Shown here: in pieces, positions 34,188-42,447 of the stretch
Position numbering within the stretch: position 1 is the first letter of the stretch
How the letters are laid out: each line of letters begins with the position of its first letter
Assembly (NCBI GenBank): GCA_963667255.1
Contig: OY762940.1
Span: 96,001 to 160,000 of the forward strand
Reading direction: 5' to 3'
Source: Candidatus Cloacimonadota bacterium
GTDB taxonomy: Bacteria > Cloacimonadota > Cloacimonadia > G963667145
DNA length: 64,000 bases
Translations under genes and position numbers: made by a program
Notes under the pieces: model-generated
Database searches by the model: none
What the model saw: only the letters and a program-made list of their open reading frames with translations
What the model was told of the DNA's origin: nothing

Positions 34188-34427
34188 CTATTTAAACCAT
34201 TTAGTCGCTTTGTGTAAACCATATGCAGCTGCTCCAACAGCTACTAAAGGTGCACCTCCTACTGCAAAAACCCCTACTCCAACCGCTGTTCCTACAACTT
34301 TCTCTACAAAAAATCCAATCGTACTCGCTTTAGCTTCTTTTTCTTTCTTTCTCGCATACCATTTTATCACAAAAATTGAAATTACTACCATTACCACACA
34401 AAATAAACCAAACATTAAATACTTCAT
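34188..34427 (-). CDS. Small membrane protein (79 aa)
   Basis: N-terminal TM helix, basic linker, Gly/Ala-rich hydrophobic hairpin; AAGGA RBS. Confidence 0.7.
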   Translation of the reverse strand: MKYLMFGLFCVVMVVISIFVIKWYARKKEKEAKASTIGFFVEKVVGTAVGVGVFAVGGAPLVAVGAAAYGLHKATKWFK

Positions 34428-34464
34428 TTAATTTCCTTAAAACTAAATTTAAAAGTTGTTTTTA

Positions 34465-35133
34465 TTAATCATTTGAAGTAAGATTAATCTTATCTTCAAT
34501 AAAAGTTTTCCGAGCAATATTCCCAATGGTATTAGTAGAAACACCATCAACTGCTCCACCAACAATGCCACCAATCAGAGGGACAAGTTTGCCTAAATTA
34601 ACAACACCTTTTGAGCCAGCTTTTGTAATAAACCTAAACCCAATTTTTTGATTTATAGCGGTCAAAGTTTTCCCTGAAATTTTTCCTATTGCACTATTTA
34701 CAGTTTTGACCCCAGTAACTTTTGCAGCTTCCTTAAAAATGTCAACTCCAGGTGTCCCAACAAGACAACAATAAACAAGAGTTTTAACTCGATCATCTTT
34801 TAAATCATATCCTCCCATATGAGCAATAGCCGCTATCATTCTAATTTGAACATACATTACACTTGCAAGATTTGCAGGAATTGCGACAGGCATAGTAATC
34901 ATGCCTCCCACTCCTGTCAAAAATCCACTTGTACTTGTTTTGGCAATTTGATACCTTATCAGTGAATTAACACATTCAATTTTATTTTCATTTTTCTTTA
35001 TATAATCTTCCGCCATTTCTACAGCTGTTTCAAATCCTGGGAGACCATTTAAAGCCTTCTCATATGCAAAATCCAAAGCTTTTGTTATTACCCCTACTTC
35101 TTTTTTTGCTTCAATTTCTTTATTTTCTTCCAT
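34465..35133 (-). CDS. EcsC family protein
   Basis: SGFLTGVGG...PANLASVMYVQIRMIAAIAHMGGYDL...KLVPLIGGIVGG. Confidence 0.8.
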   Translation of the reverse strand: MEENKEIEAKKEVGVITKALDFAYEKALNGLPGFETAVEMAEDYIKKNENKIECVNSLIRYQIAKTSTSGFLTGVGGMITMPVAIPANLASVMYVQIRMIAAIAHMGGYDLKDDRVKTLVYCCLVGTPGVDIFKEAAKVTGVKTVNSAIGKISGKTLTAINQKIGFRFITKAGSKGVVNLGKLVPLIGGIVGGAVDGVSTNTIGNIARKTFIEDKINLTSND

Positions 35134-35172
35134 TCTACTAACCTCTCTTATTTAATTTCTTTTACTTCAACT

Positions 35173-35206
35173 AAAAAAAGGTCTCCCGACTATCTCGGAA
35201 GACCTT
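35173..35206 (-). terminator. Intrinsic terminator/attenuator 40 nt upstream of the EcsC gene
   Basis: AAGGTCTTCCGA-GATAG-TCGGGAGACC-TTTTTTT on minus strand. Confidence 0.85.
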
Positions 35207-35255
35207 CTTTGAAATCTCTATGAAACCGTTGACTATCAAGCCACTGACAGCCTCG

Positions 35256-35349
35256 ACTGAACTGAACTGAACTGAACTGAACTGAACTGAACTGAACTGA
35301 ACTGAACTGAACTGAACTGAACTGAACTGAACTGAACTGAACTGAACTG
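35256..35349. repeat. Pentanucleotide microsatellite (ACTGA)18 plus ACTG
   Basis: Perfect tandem array counted directly. Confidence 0.98.
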
Positions 35350-35363
35350 TTTGTTTGCTTTTC

Positions 35364-36474
35364 GGGAGTGTGCAAATAACTGGGTCTGAAATAAGACCTA
35401 ATTATGTTTGACAGAATAAGTTATGAACATTTATTAAAATGCCATGAGTATAATCAAAAAAAACGCTGTCCAAATTGTGATAGCTTAAACACAAAAAAGA
35501 AGGGATATATTTTCTCTGAAAGAACAACTAATCGTGGGAAAATTAAAGTCAAAACTCAACGATTTTATTGTAAAGATTGCCAAATAAGTTTTACCAATTT
35601 TGGATATAATAAGAGAACTCATTTTGCACCAAAATTCAAAGATAAGGTTGTTACTGACTATATTTCAACCAAAAGTTCTCTTTCTGAAGTTGCTAAAAGA
35701 CATGGGATTTGTAAAAATAGTATTCTTAATTGGATACCTCAGCGAGCTAATTTATATCAGGATAATGTGTTACACAGCAATATAGATGAGACAACAATTT
35801 ATATTGATGGCAAGGAAATTAAGATAAACGGTAAGCGAAAAGTTGTCTTAGTCGCCAGTAGCAAACTACTTGATAAACCAATATATTACAAGATTTATGA
35901 TAGAGAACATAGTAGTTCATCTGAAGACTTTTTGAATAGACTAAAAAAAATGTATGACAACAAAATAATTGGGATTGTGTCAGATTTTGGGCGAGGGAAG
36001 TGCTTTGTTAAGCCAGTTAACCAACTTTTTGAAGATGTTCCACATCAAATTTGCTTGGTTCATTATTTAAGAAGCGTTAATATCAATGTTCCTAAAACAA
36101 AAAAGAGTAAGTTTTTTAGACGAAATATTTTCTTTAAGAACTTGATTAAGAGCATTTTAAATGCTGAAACTTTACAAGAAGCTGAAAATAATTTAAGTTC
36201 GCTTAATCACTATGAAAAATTTTTTCGCCTAAAAATTCATAAGCGTTTTATTAAATCAATTAATCGAAACTTTGGTTTATTAACTGCTCATTTTCATTAC
36301 GATTTTTTGGATAAAACAACAAATAAAATTGAAAATATTAATCGACAATTGAATAGGAAATTAAAAAATTTAGACGGATTTAAATCTGAAAAAAATATGA
36401 ATCATTTTTTGAAAATTTGGTTCAATAATTATTCAAAAGGAGTGGAAATTAGACCCAATTAAATGCACGCTCCC
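35364..36474 (+). mobile_element. Insertion sequence, probably IS256 family, 1111 bp
   Basis: 24-bp imperfect inverted repeats GGGAGTGTGCAAATAACTGGGTCT / AGACCCAATTAAATGCACGCTCCC; 8-bp target duplication TGCTTTTC at 35356-35363 and 36475-36482. Confidence 0.92.
35404..36462 (+). CDS. DDE transposase (IS256/Mutator-like) with N-terminal Zn ribbon and HTH
   Basis: CPNC..CKDC, YIDG, VSDFG, QICLVH, TTNKIENIN. Confidence 0.88.
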   Translation: MFDRISYEHLLKCHEYNQKKRCPNCDSLNTKKKGYIFSERTTNRGKIKVKTQRFYCKDCQISFTNFGYNKRTHFAPKFKDKVVTDYISTKSSLSEVAKRHGICKNSILNWIPQRANLYQDNVLHSNIDETTIYIDGKEIKINGKRKVVLVASSKLLDKPIYYKIYDREHSSSSEDFLNRLKKMYDNKIIGIVSDFGRGKCFVKPVNQLFEDVPHQICLVHYLRSVNINVPKTKKSKFFRRNIFFKNLIKSILNAETLQEAENNLSSLNHYEKFFRLKIHKRFIKSINRNFGLLTAHFHYDFLDKTTNKIENINRQLNRKLKNLDGFKSEKNMNHFLKIWFNNYSKGVEIRPN

Positions 36475-36526
36475 TGCTTTTCTATTTTCATAGTGCTACA
36501 AAAGTAATTTTATAGAATGATGTCAA
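36475..36526 (-). promoter_or_regulatory. Putative promoter and start of the leader ORF separated by the IS
   Basis: TTGACA at 36526-36521; ATG at 36491 in frame with the microsatellite ORF once the IS is removed; no clear -10. Confidence 0.55.
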
Positions 36527-36665
36527 AACAATTTTACTTTTTACAACTCCACCTTGTTAATAGTCACATTTCATTTTGCAGAACGAGCAAAGTGACTACT
36601 CAACTTGTCAAAATTAATGTGAAAGTGACCAGTGCGATAGTCAGTTGATGGTTGATGTTTGAGGT

Positions 36666-36739
36666 TCTCGTATGCATTCCCCTGACCACATAAATGTAGT
36701 CTCAAAGATTAGCGGTATTTATGTGGTCAGAGGAACGAG
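36666..36739. repeat. REP-like palindrome whose core is replaced by a 49-bp inverted-repeat element
   Basis: TCTCGTATGCATTCCC matches the reverse complement of 33224-33239; core CTGACCACATAAAT...ATTTATGTGGTCAG; ends GGAACGAG. Confidence 0.75.
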
Positions 36740-36825
36740 TGGGGCGGTGGTGCAGGAATGAAGACGGTGGTGTGTCTTCTTGCTCTTCTATTCCTCATAC
36801 TCACGGAAGTGGGTATCCATTCTTG

Positions 36826-37087
36826 ACTCGTTTCTTAAAAAAAAGCACCTGCTGTGTCCCCTATCCCCTCTGGATTCCCGCCTACGCGGGAATGAGATGT
36901 GAAGATGGGAATGAGAGAGGTGGTTTGGGTGCAGAGAGAGGTGGGGCAAAAAAACACTGGCGAGTTCCCAACTCGACAGTGCTCCGTATTTATTCATTAT
37001 TCATTCTTATCTTTTATTTACATTTACCCTTCTCCCTGCTCCTCTAATCTCCCAAATTATCCATTATCAATTATCACTTATTAATTG
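36826..37087. repeat. Composite intergenic repeat, copy A
   Basis: GGATTCCCGCCTACGCGGGAATGA + CACTGGCGAGTT..AACTCGACAGTG hairpin + heptamer arrays; collinear with 41815-42080. Confidence 0.85.
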
Positions 37088-37441
37088 CTAAAAGCTCTTC
37101 CCCTTAATCCTATTATTCTCATCAAGAAGAATCACTTGTGGTTTATGCTCGGCTGCTAACTCCCTCTCAACTTGGCAATAGGAGAGAATAATCACTTTGT
37201 CGCCTCTCTGCACCATCCTCGCGGCAGCACCATTGAGGCAAATCTGACCCTCGCCTCCTTTGATAACATAAGTGGAGAACCTCGCACCATTGTCGATGTC
37301 CAAGATGTCCACCTTCTCGTTGATGAAAAAACCGGCAGCCTCTATCAATTTGGGGTCGATAGAGATAGACCCTTCGTAGTGCAAATCAGCGTCCGTCACT
37401 GTCGCTCTATGTAATTTTGCTCTTAACATTTCCACTAACAT
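37088..37441 (-). CDS. panD: Aspartate 1-decarboxylase
   Basis: KLHRATVT..YEGSISID, NGAAAR. Confidence 0.96.
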   Translation of the reverse strand: MLVEMLRAKLHRATVTDADLHYEGSISIDPKLIEAAGFFINEKVDILDIDNGARFSTYVIKGGEGQICLNGAAARMVQRGDKVIILSYCQVERELAAEHKPQVILLDENNRIKGKSF

Positions 37442-38208
37442 TTGTTTAACTCCTCCAATTTTATCAAACCTTCCAAAACCAAATCTTTATTAATTTCGTC
37501 GAAAACACCAGATTTTTCGTATAAACCAGAAATCCCTCCAGTGCCTAAGACGAAGACCTTCTTTCCTCCAAAGCAACTATCGGTTATCTGCCTGCAAATC
37601 TCCTTGATAGCTCCAAGATTGCCGAAATACAGCCCCGACTGAATGCTCTGCACGGTGCTTTTCCCGCAGACTTCCCTCGGCTTAATTATCTCCACCATCG
37701 GCAACTTGGCTGTCCGTTGCACGAGAGACTCCATACCGATAGCTATGCCGGGGATAATCGCTCCGCCGAGATACTCCTTGCTCTTGGTAACGATGTCAAA
37801 AGTCGTAGCTGTGCCCATATCCACCACGATAACATCGCGATTGGGATGAAGCTCAGCAGCCGCAATGGCGTTGGCTATCCTATCGGCACCCACTTCGGAC
37901 TGGTTGATATATTTTATCTGCAATCCCGTCTTCACCCCCGGCTCCAGTGCCAAGGGCGTGATGCCAAAATAGTGCATACAGCTATTTTTTATAGAATGGT
38001 TGAACTCCGGCACAACACTGCAAAAGTTTATGCTCTTGATATCTTCCGGCTCAAATCCGTTCTCCTTGATGACCGACTTCAAGAAAATCCCCATCTCATC
38101 GGAAGATATGCCCTTGTTCATGCTCTTGCGAAAGCGAACCACTATCGACTTGCCTTGGTACAATCCCCCGTAGAGCTGGGAGTTGCCAAAATCAAGACAC
38201 AATTTCAT
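37435..38208 (-). CDS. coaX: Type III pantothenate kinase
   Basis: DFGNS, GADR, DMGTATT, GGAIIPG, TGG. Confidence 0.94.
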   Translation of the reverse strand: MKLCLDFGNSQLYGGLYQGKSIVVRFRKSMNKGISSDEMGIFLKSVIKENGFEPEDIKSINFCSVVPEFNHSIKNSCMHYFGITPLALEPGVKTGLQIKYINQSEVGADRIANAIAAAELHPNRDVIVVDMGTATTFDIVTKSKEYLGGAIIPGIAIGMESLVQRTAKLPMVEIIKPREVCGKSTVQSIQSGLYFGNLGAIKEICRQITDSCFGGKKVFVLGTGGISGLYEKSGVFDEINKDLVLEGLIKLEELNKC

Positions 38209-38882
38209 CTATCTAATTCTCCTTTAATAAGTTCGTCCAATTTGTCCGCCAAATCCACCTTGGAGGAAGTCTGAGCCAACTGCTGTCCACTGCTGGAGTA
38301 AATCTCCGCAATATGAAACGAGGCTGTCACTTCTTGCAAATCGTTATGCACCACAAAGTCGATGCCGCCTGCTTGCAAAATCTTGGCGATTTTGGACTTC
38401 ACTTCTTCATCAGAAGCAGAGTTGGTCAGCTTGAAGCCAACAACAAGCGGAGTTTTCCCCTTGAGAGCATAACTCTTCAGCTTCGGCAAAATCTTAAAAT
38501 TCTTCTTCATATGCAGTTTGATGCTCTCTCCCGAATCCATCTTGCCCTCGGAACTCGGGGACAGAAACCTGCCGTCTTCCGTCTCAATCTTTTCCAGTGA
38601 AAAGTCGCTGACAGCTGCCAAATGGATAACCGCATCAAACGGCTCGCTCCCCAATAAATCCCGCAACTGCGAGTCCAAATCCTCAAACGAACAAAACCGC
38701 ATCGTCCGCAAATCGCCCGCAGGCAATTTGGCATCAACACCGTGCAGATAAACGACCTCACAGCCAAGAACGGACAATCGCTCGGCAATCTTGCTTCCAG
38801 TGCTTCCCGTAGAGAAATTCGTGATGTAGCGGACACCGTCTATCGGCTCGCGAGTGCCACCCGATGTTATCAGCACTTTCAC
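38205..38882 (-). CDS. coaB: Phosphopantothenate-cysteine ligase (stand-alone CoaB)
   Basis: TSGGTREPIDGVRYITNFSTG, HLAAVSDF, VGFKL. Confidence 0.9.
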   Translation of the reverse strand: MKVLITSGGTREPIDGVRYITNFSTGSTGSKIAERLSVLGCEVVYLHGVDAKLPAGDLRTMRFCSFEDLDSQLRDLLGSEPFDAVIHLAAVSDFSLEKIETEDGRFLSPSSEGKMDSGESIKLHMKKNFKILPKLKSYALKGKTPLVVGFKLTNSASDEEVKSKIAKILQAGGIDFVVHNDLQEVTASFHIAEIYSSSGQQLAQTSSKVDLADKLDELIKGELDR

Positions 38883-39415
38883 AGCTTTGCCCTGATGATG
38901 CCCAAAATGTCTATCGGCTCAGGAGCTCGTCCCTTGCCCTCGGTGCCACACGCCAGATGTCCCGACTGTGGAGCGATAATCTCGGCTCCCCATTCTTGCA
39001 AAATCTCCATATTCTCCACCACCGCAGGATGTGCCAACATATTAGTGTTCATCGCTGGGAACACGAGATAAGGCTTGCGAAAATTGTTTGCCACAAAGCA
39101 CGCCGTGAGCAAGTCCTCGGCAAAGCCCATCCGAAGTCGAGCCAATGCGGAAGCCGATGCAGGATAAACCACCACTACTTCTGCCCATTCCACGAGATTG
39201 ATGTGCAAAATCTTCTCCGACTGCGAGAACATATCCGTGTAAACAGGATGACCGCTGAGAGCCTCCAACGCCGCAGGAGCGATGAATTTCAGAGCGTTAT
39301 CCGTAGCCACCACCTTTACATTGCATCCGTCTTTTCGCAAGAGCGAGACCAATTCCACCGATTTGTAAGCGGCGATAGAGCCACTGACACAGACCAAAAT
39401 ATTAGCGTTTGACAT
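38879..39415 (-). CDS. coaC: Phosphopantothenoylcysteine decarboxylase (stand-alone CoaC)
   Basis: GSIAAYK, HINL, PAMNTNM, LACGTEGKGR. Confidence 0.92.
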   Translation of the reverse strand: MSNANILVCVSGSIAAYKSVELVSLLRKDGCNVKVVATDNALKFIAPAALEALSGHPVYTDMFSQSEKILHINLVEWAEVVVVYPASASALARLRMGFAEDLLTACFVANNFRKPYLVFPAMNTNMLAHPAVVENMEILQEWGAEIIAPQSGHLACGTEGKGRAPEPIDILGIIRAKL

Positions 39416-40160
39416 TGTCTATTAACCTCACATCGCCCAAGAAAGCGGCGACAAAAATCCTGCCGTCTTTTTCTTTCAGGTAATCCACCTTAAAACCTTT
39501 GCTCTCCAGAGCGTTCTTCATCTCATCTACGGACAACCCCGAGCTTATCGTCTCGTGCAAAAACGGGGCAATCGCTTTGTTTTCCTCGGCAATCAATTTG
39601 TTGCGAGAGCTGAGAGCCAAACCACTGTCCTCCCGCACGATAGGGCAACCCTCTATCACAGTATCCATAAAAAACGCCTCTGCCATACCACGAATGAGCT
39701 GAAGCTGTTGCCAGTCCTTCTCGCCAAAATACGCCTTGGTCGCCTTGGTAATGTTGAGCAACTTCATCACGACAGTCAGCACGCCAACAAAATGCCCCTC
39801 ACGAGTAGCACCGCACAAATCCAAAGAGTCCCGATGCTCGCTCACTCTATACCGAAATCCGTCGTTGTAAAGTTCGTCGTAAGTCGGCTCCAGCACATAG
39901 TCCACGCCGGCATCCGAGAGCATCTGTCTATCTCTATGCAAATCAATAGGATAGCAGTCCAAGTCGCTCTGGTTGTTAAATTGCGTAGGGTTGACAAAAA
40001 TCGAAACAGCCGTGATTTTATTCTCCGCAACAGACCTCCGAACAAGGCTCATATGCCCCTGATGCAAGAACCCCATAGTCGGCACAAACCCGACACTCAT
40101 CTCCTGCAAGTCGTCAAAAATCTCTCTCCATTCCGCAATCGATTTGACAATCTTCATCAA
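39402..40160 (-). CDS. panC: Pantoate-beta-alanine ligase
   Basis: PTMGFLHQGH, FVNPTQF, GEKDWQQ, LSSRN, RLIDN. Confidence 0.96.
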   Translation of the reverse strand: MMKIVKSIAEWREIFDDLQEMSVGFVPTMGFLHQGHMSLVRRSVAENKITAVSIFVNPTQFNNQSDLDCYPIDLHRDRQMLSDAGVDYVLEPTYDELYNDGFRYRVSEHRDSLDLCGATREGHFVGVLTVVMKLLNITKATKAYFGEKDWQQLQLIRGMAEAFFMDTVIEGCPIVREDSGLALSSRNKLIAEENKAIAPFLHETISSGLSVDEMKNALESKGFKVDYLKEKDGRIFVAAFLGDVRLIDNVKR

Positions 40161-40945
40161 AACTCCTCATCGGCAGAGGGAAATTTTTTCGCCTTTACAT
40201 CTGCATCATAACTGTCCAAAGCCTCTTTTATCAGCGAGATACCTTCCATATATTTGCGGACAAACTTCGGCTTGAAGTCGGAATTTAGCCCCAGTAAATC
40301 CTGCAACACCAACACCTGACCATCGCAATCGCAACCGGCACCAATGCCGATAGTGGGGATAGCCAACTCCTGACTAATCCTCTTGCCGACAGCACTGGGA
40401 ACGCACTCCAGCACTACGGAAAAACAGCCGAGCTTTTGCAACGCGAGAGCCTCCCCCAGCAAAATATCCTCTTTGCTCTGAGTCTTGCCTTGCACTTTGT
40501 AGCCGCCCAACCCATTGACGGACTGCGGTATCAAGCCCAAGTGACCCATCACAGGCACACCGGAGCCAACTATATGCTCGATAATCTCTTCGCTACCCTT
40601 CACGCCCTCCAACTTCACGGCGTTCGCACCAGCCTGCATCAAACTCTGCACAGCGTCCATCGCCTCGGACAGACCCTTGCGATAGCTCAGAAAAGGCAAA
40701 TCGCCCACCACAAAAGCACTCGGGGCTCCACGGCGGACAGCCGCCACATGCATACTCATCATCTCGACAGTAGCTGGTATGGTAGAGCCAAACCCGTGCA
40801 TCGTCATCGCCAGAGAGTCTCCGACCAAGATGCAGTCCACTCCCGACGACTCCACGATAGCGGAACTCCAACTGTCATAAGCAGTTACCATAGATATGGG
40901 TATTTGCTTCTTTTTCATCTTAGCGAAATCAAGAACATTCACCAT
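40157..40945 (-). CDS. panB: 3-methyl-2-oxobutanoate hydroxymethyltransferase
   Basis: TAYD, LVGDSL, VKLEG, HLGLIPQ, IGIGAG..DGQVLV. Confidence 0.96.
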   Translation of the reverse strand: MVNVLDFAKMKKKQIPISMVTAYDSWSSAIVESSGVDCILVGDSLAMTMHGFGSTIPATVEMMSMHVAAVRRGAPSAFVVGDLPFLSYRKGLSEAMDAVQSLMQAGANAVKLEGVKGSEEIIEHIVGSGVPVMGHLGLIPQSVNGLGGYKVQGKTQSKEDILLGEALALQKLGCFSVVLECVPSAVGKRISQELAIPTIGIGAGCDCDGQVLVLQDLLGLNSDFKPKFVRKYMEGISLIKEALDSYDADVKAKKFPSADEEF

Positions 40946-40951
40946 TCCTCC

Positions 40952-41650
40952 TTATATCAGCGTTTCCCGAAAAGCCTGATAAACCTTTTGATAGGCATCT
41001 CCGTTCAACGACTCCAAATTTTTTTTCATCGTAATCTCGTCCCTACGAGCCAAAGGACCCGTGAGACAATTTTTCCAGTTCTCATCAAGATTTTGGAAAA
41101 TCCTCTGCATATACGGTCGCAGCAACTCCGCTTTCAAACCCAATTTCCCCTCAAAATCGGAGAACGCTTTTTGCCACAACATCACCGTGAAATTGCCCGA
41201 CAGCACACACAGTGCGTGGTATAGAGGCTTGTCAGCGGGATTGATAGCGAATGACTGATTGGACAAATCGGGGAAAATCTCCGCAAAAGTCGGCTTGCCC
41301 CTTTCGCTAATGAACGGAATCGCCCGATACTCCTCCAGCGAATACACCTCTCGAGAAAACGACATCAAAGGATGGTATGACGGGACGCCGTCTATGACCA
41401 GACTGCCCGAAAAGTGAATCAGGCTGAACTTATGAAGATTGGGATTGTTTTTTACGAAAGATGATATAGCTCCGTCACTGATGAGGAGCAACACGGCTCG
41501 ACAATAGCGGAATGTAGCGGAAGGGTCGGCATCTCCGTCGGCTCTGCGAGACCACCTGACGAAAGGGAGTCCGCTCAAACGCAAATAGTGGCAAAAGTGG
41601 TTTGCCATTCTGCCGTCACCGACGACACCGTATAAGAATTTCTTGCTCAT
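40952..41650 (-). CDS. Rossmann-like/DUF2520 protein, probable PanG-type ketopantoate reductase
   Basis: GDGRMA, HFSGS, HPLMSF, YHA, LTGPLARRD; first gene of the pan operon. Confidence 0.8.
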   Translation of the reverse strand: MSKKFLYGVVGDGRMANHFCHYLRLSGLPFVRWSRRADGDADPSATFRYCRAVLLLISDGAISSFVKNNPNLHKFSLIHFSGSLVIDGVPSYHPLMSFSREVYSLEEYRAIPFISERGKPTFAEIFPDLSNQSFAINPADKPLYHALCVLSGNFTVMLWQKAFSDFEGKLGLKAELLRPYMQRIFQNLDENWKNCLTGPLARRDEITMKKNLESLNGDAYQKVYQAFRETLI

Positions 41651-41814
41651 TTTCTTCAGGTACCTGCCTCAAAACTCCAGATCAAGTCCTTTTTTCGATT
41701 TGATTTTTTTGTAAAACTTATTGGTATGAGGTTTCCGTTGGGAGACTCTCATCCACGCTTTTGTGTTCTGTAACAAGGTTGGGGGTTTGCTGTCAAGGAT
41801 TTTGTTATGATAGC

Positions 41815-42080
41815 ACTCGTTTCTTAGAGGAAGCGAGTGCGGGTGTCCCCGTCCACTCCCATCTGGATTCCCGCGTTCGCGGGAATGAGGTGGGAAGGTG
41901 CGGGAATGAGGAGGGTGCGGGAATGAGGGTGGAAGTGGGGAATGAGGGCGGGAGGGACAAAAAACACTGGCGAGTTACCAACTCGCCAGTGCTCCGCAAT
42001 TATTCATTTTTCATTTTTATTTTTTATTTATTCCTCTCGCCTGCTCTCTCCGAAAATTATCCCTTATCAATTATCAATTG
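41815..42080. repeat. Composite intergenic repeat, copy B
   Basis: GGATTCCCGCGTTCGCGGGAATGA, four GGGAATGAG units, CACTGGCGAGTT..AACTCGCCAGTG hairpin, heptamer arrays. Confidence 0.85.
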
Positions 42081-42438
42081 TTTTCACCGGCTTATTATAC
42101 ACTCCCGACTCAGCCATCTCATCCACAAATTTATCCAAGCCGGCATCTCTAATCCTATCAATACAACCCTTCCTATCAGACTTGAAGAGCAACGCAAACG
42201 CCTTGGAAATCCAATTGTTGAACTTCTTGCAATCGTTCACATCGGAGTAGTTTTTACAGTCGGCACAAGTAGCATAATTGTTTTCTATACAACAAGTTCG
42301 GAGCTTACACCAAGTAGCTTTCACATAATCGTGGCAACCAACACATTTCCCTTTTAGATAGCGTCGGCAAGTCCCGCAATACAAACCGCAATAAGCAACC
42401 AGTTTTTTATCTTTTTCAATCGATTTCATCTTCATCAC
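42067..42438 (-). CDS. DUF3795-like Cys-rich protein
   Basis: AYCGLYCGTC, CVGC, CKLRTCC, CADC. Confidence 0.8.
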   Translation of the reverse strand: MMKMKSIEKDKKLVAYCGLYCGTCRRYLKGKCVGCHDYVKATWCKLRTCCIENNYATCADCKNYSDVNDCKKFNNWISKAFALLFKSDRKGCIDRIRDAGLDKFVDEMAESGVYNKPVKTIDN

Positions 42439-42447
42439 TCCTAAAAA

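Noticed and set aside
35256..35349. Tandem array as CRISPR or a repeat-protein gene
   Set aside because: Pure 5-bp SSR with no spacers and no cas genes; exact length may be affected by sequencing or assembly
36553..36632. GTCAC/GTGAC imperfect inverted repeats as an ncRNA
   Set aside because: Pairing short and ambiguous; no promoter or terminator support
36721..37047. ORFs across the composite repeats (also 41761-42357)
   Set aside because: Translations of palindromic repeats (WIPAYAGM-type peptides)
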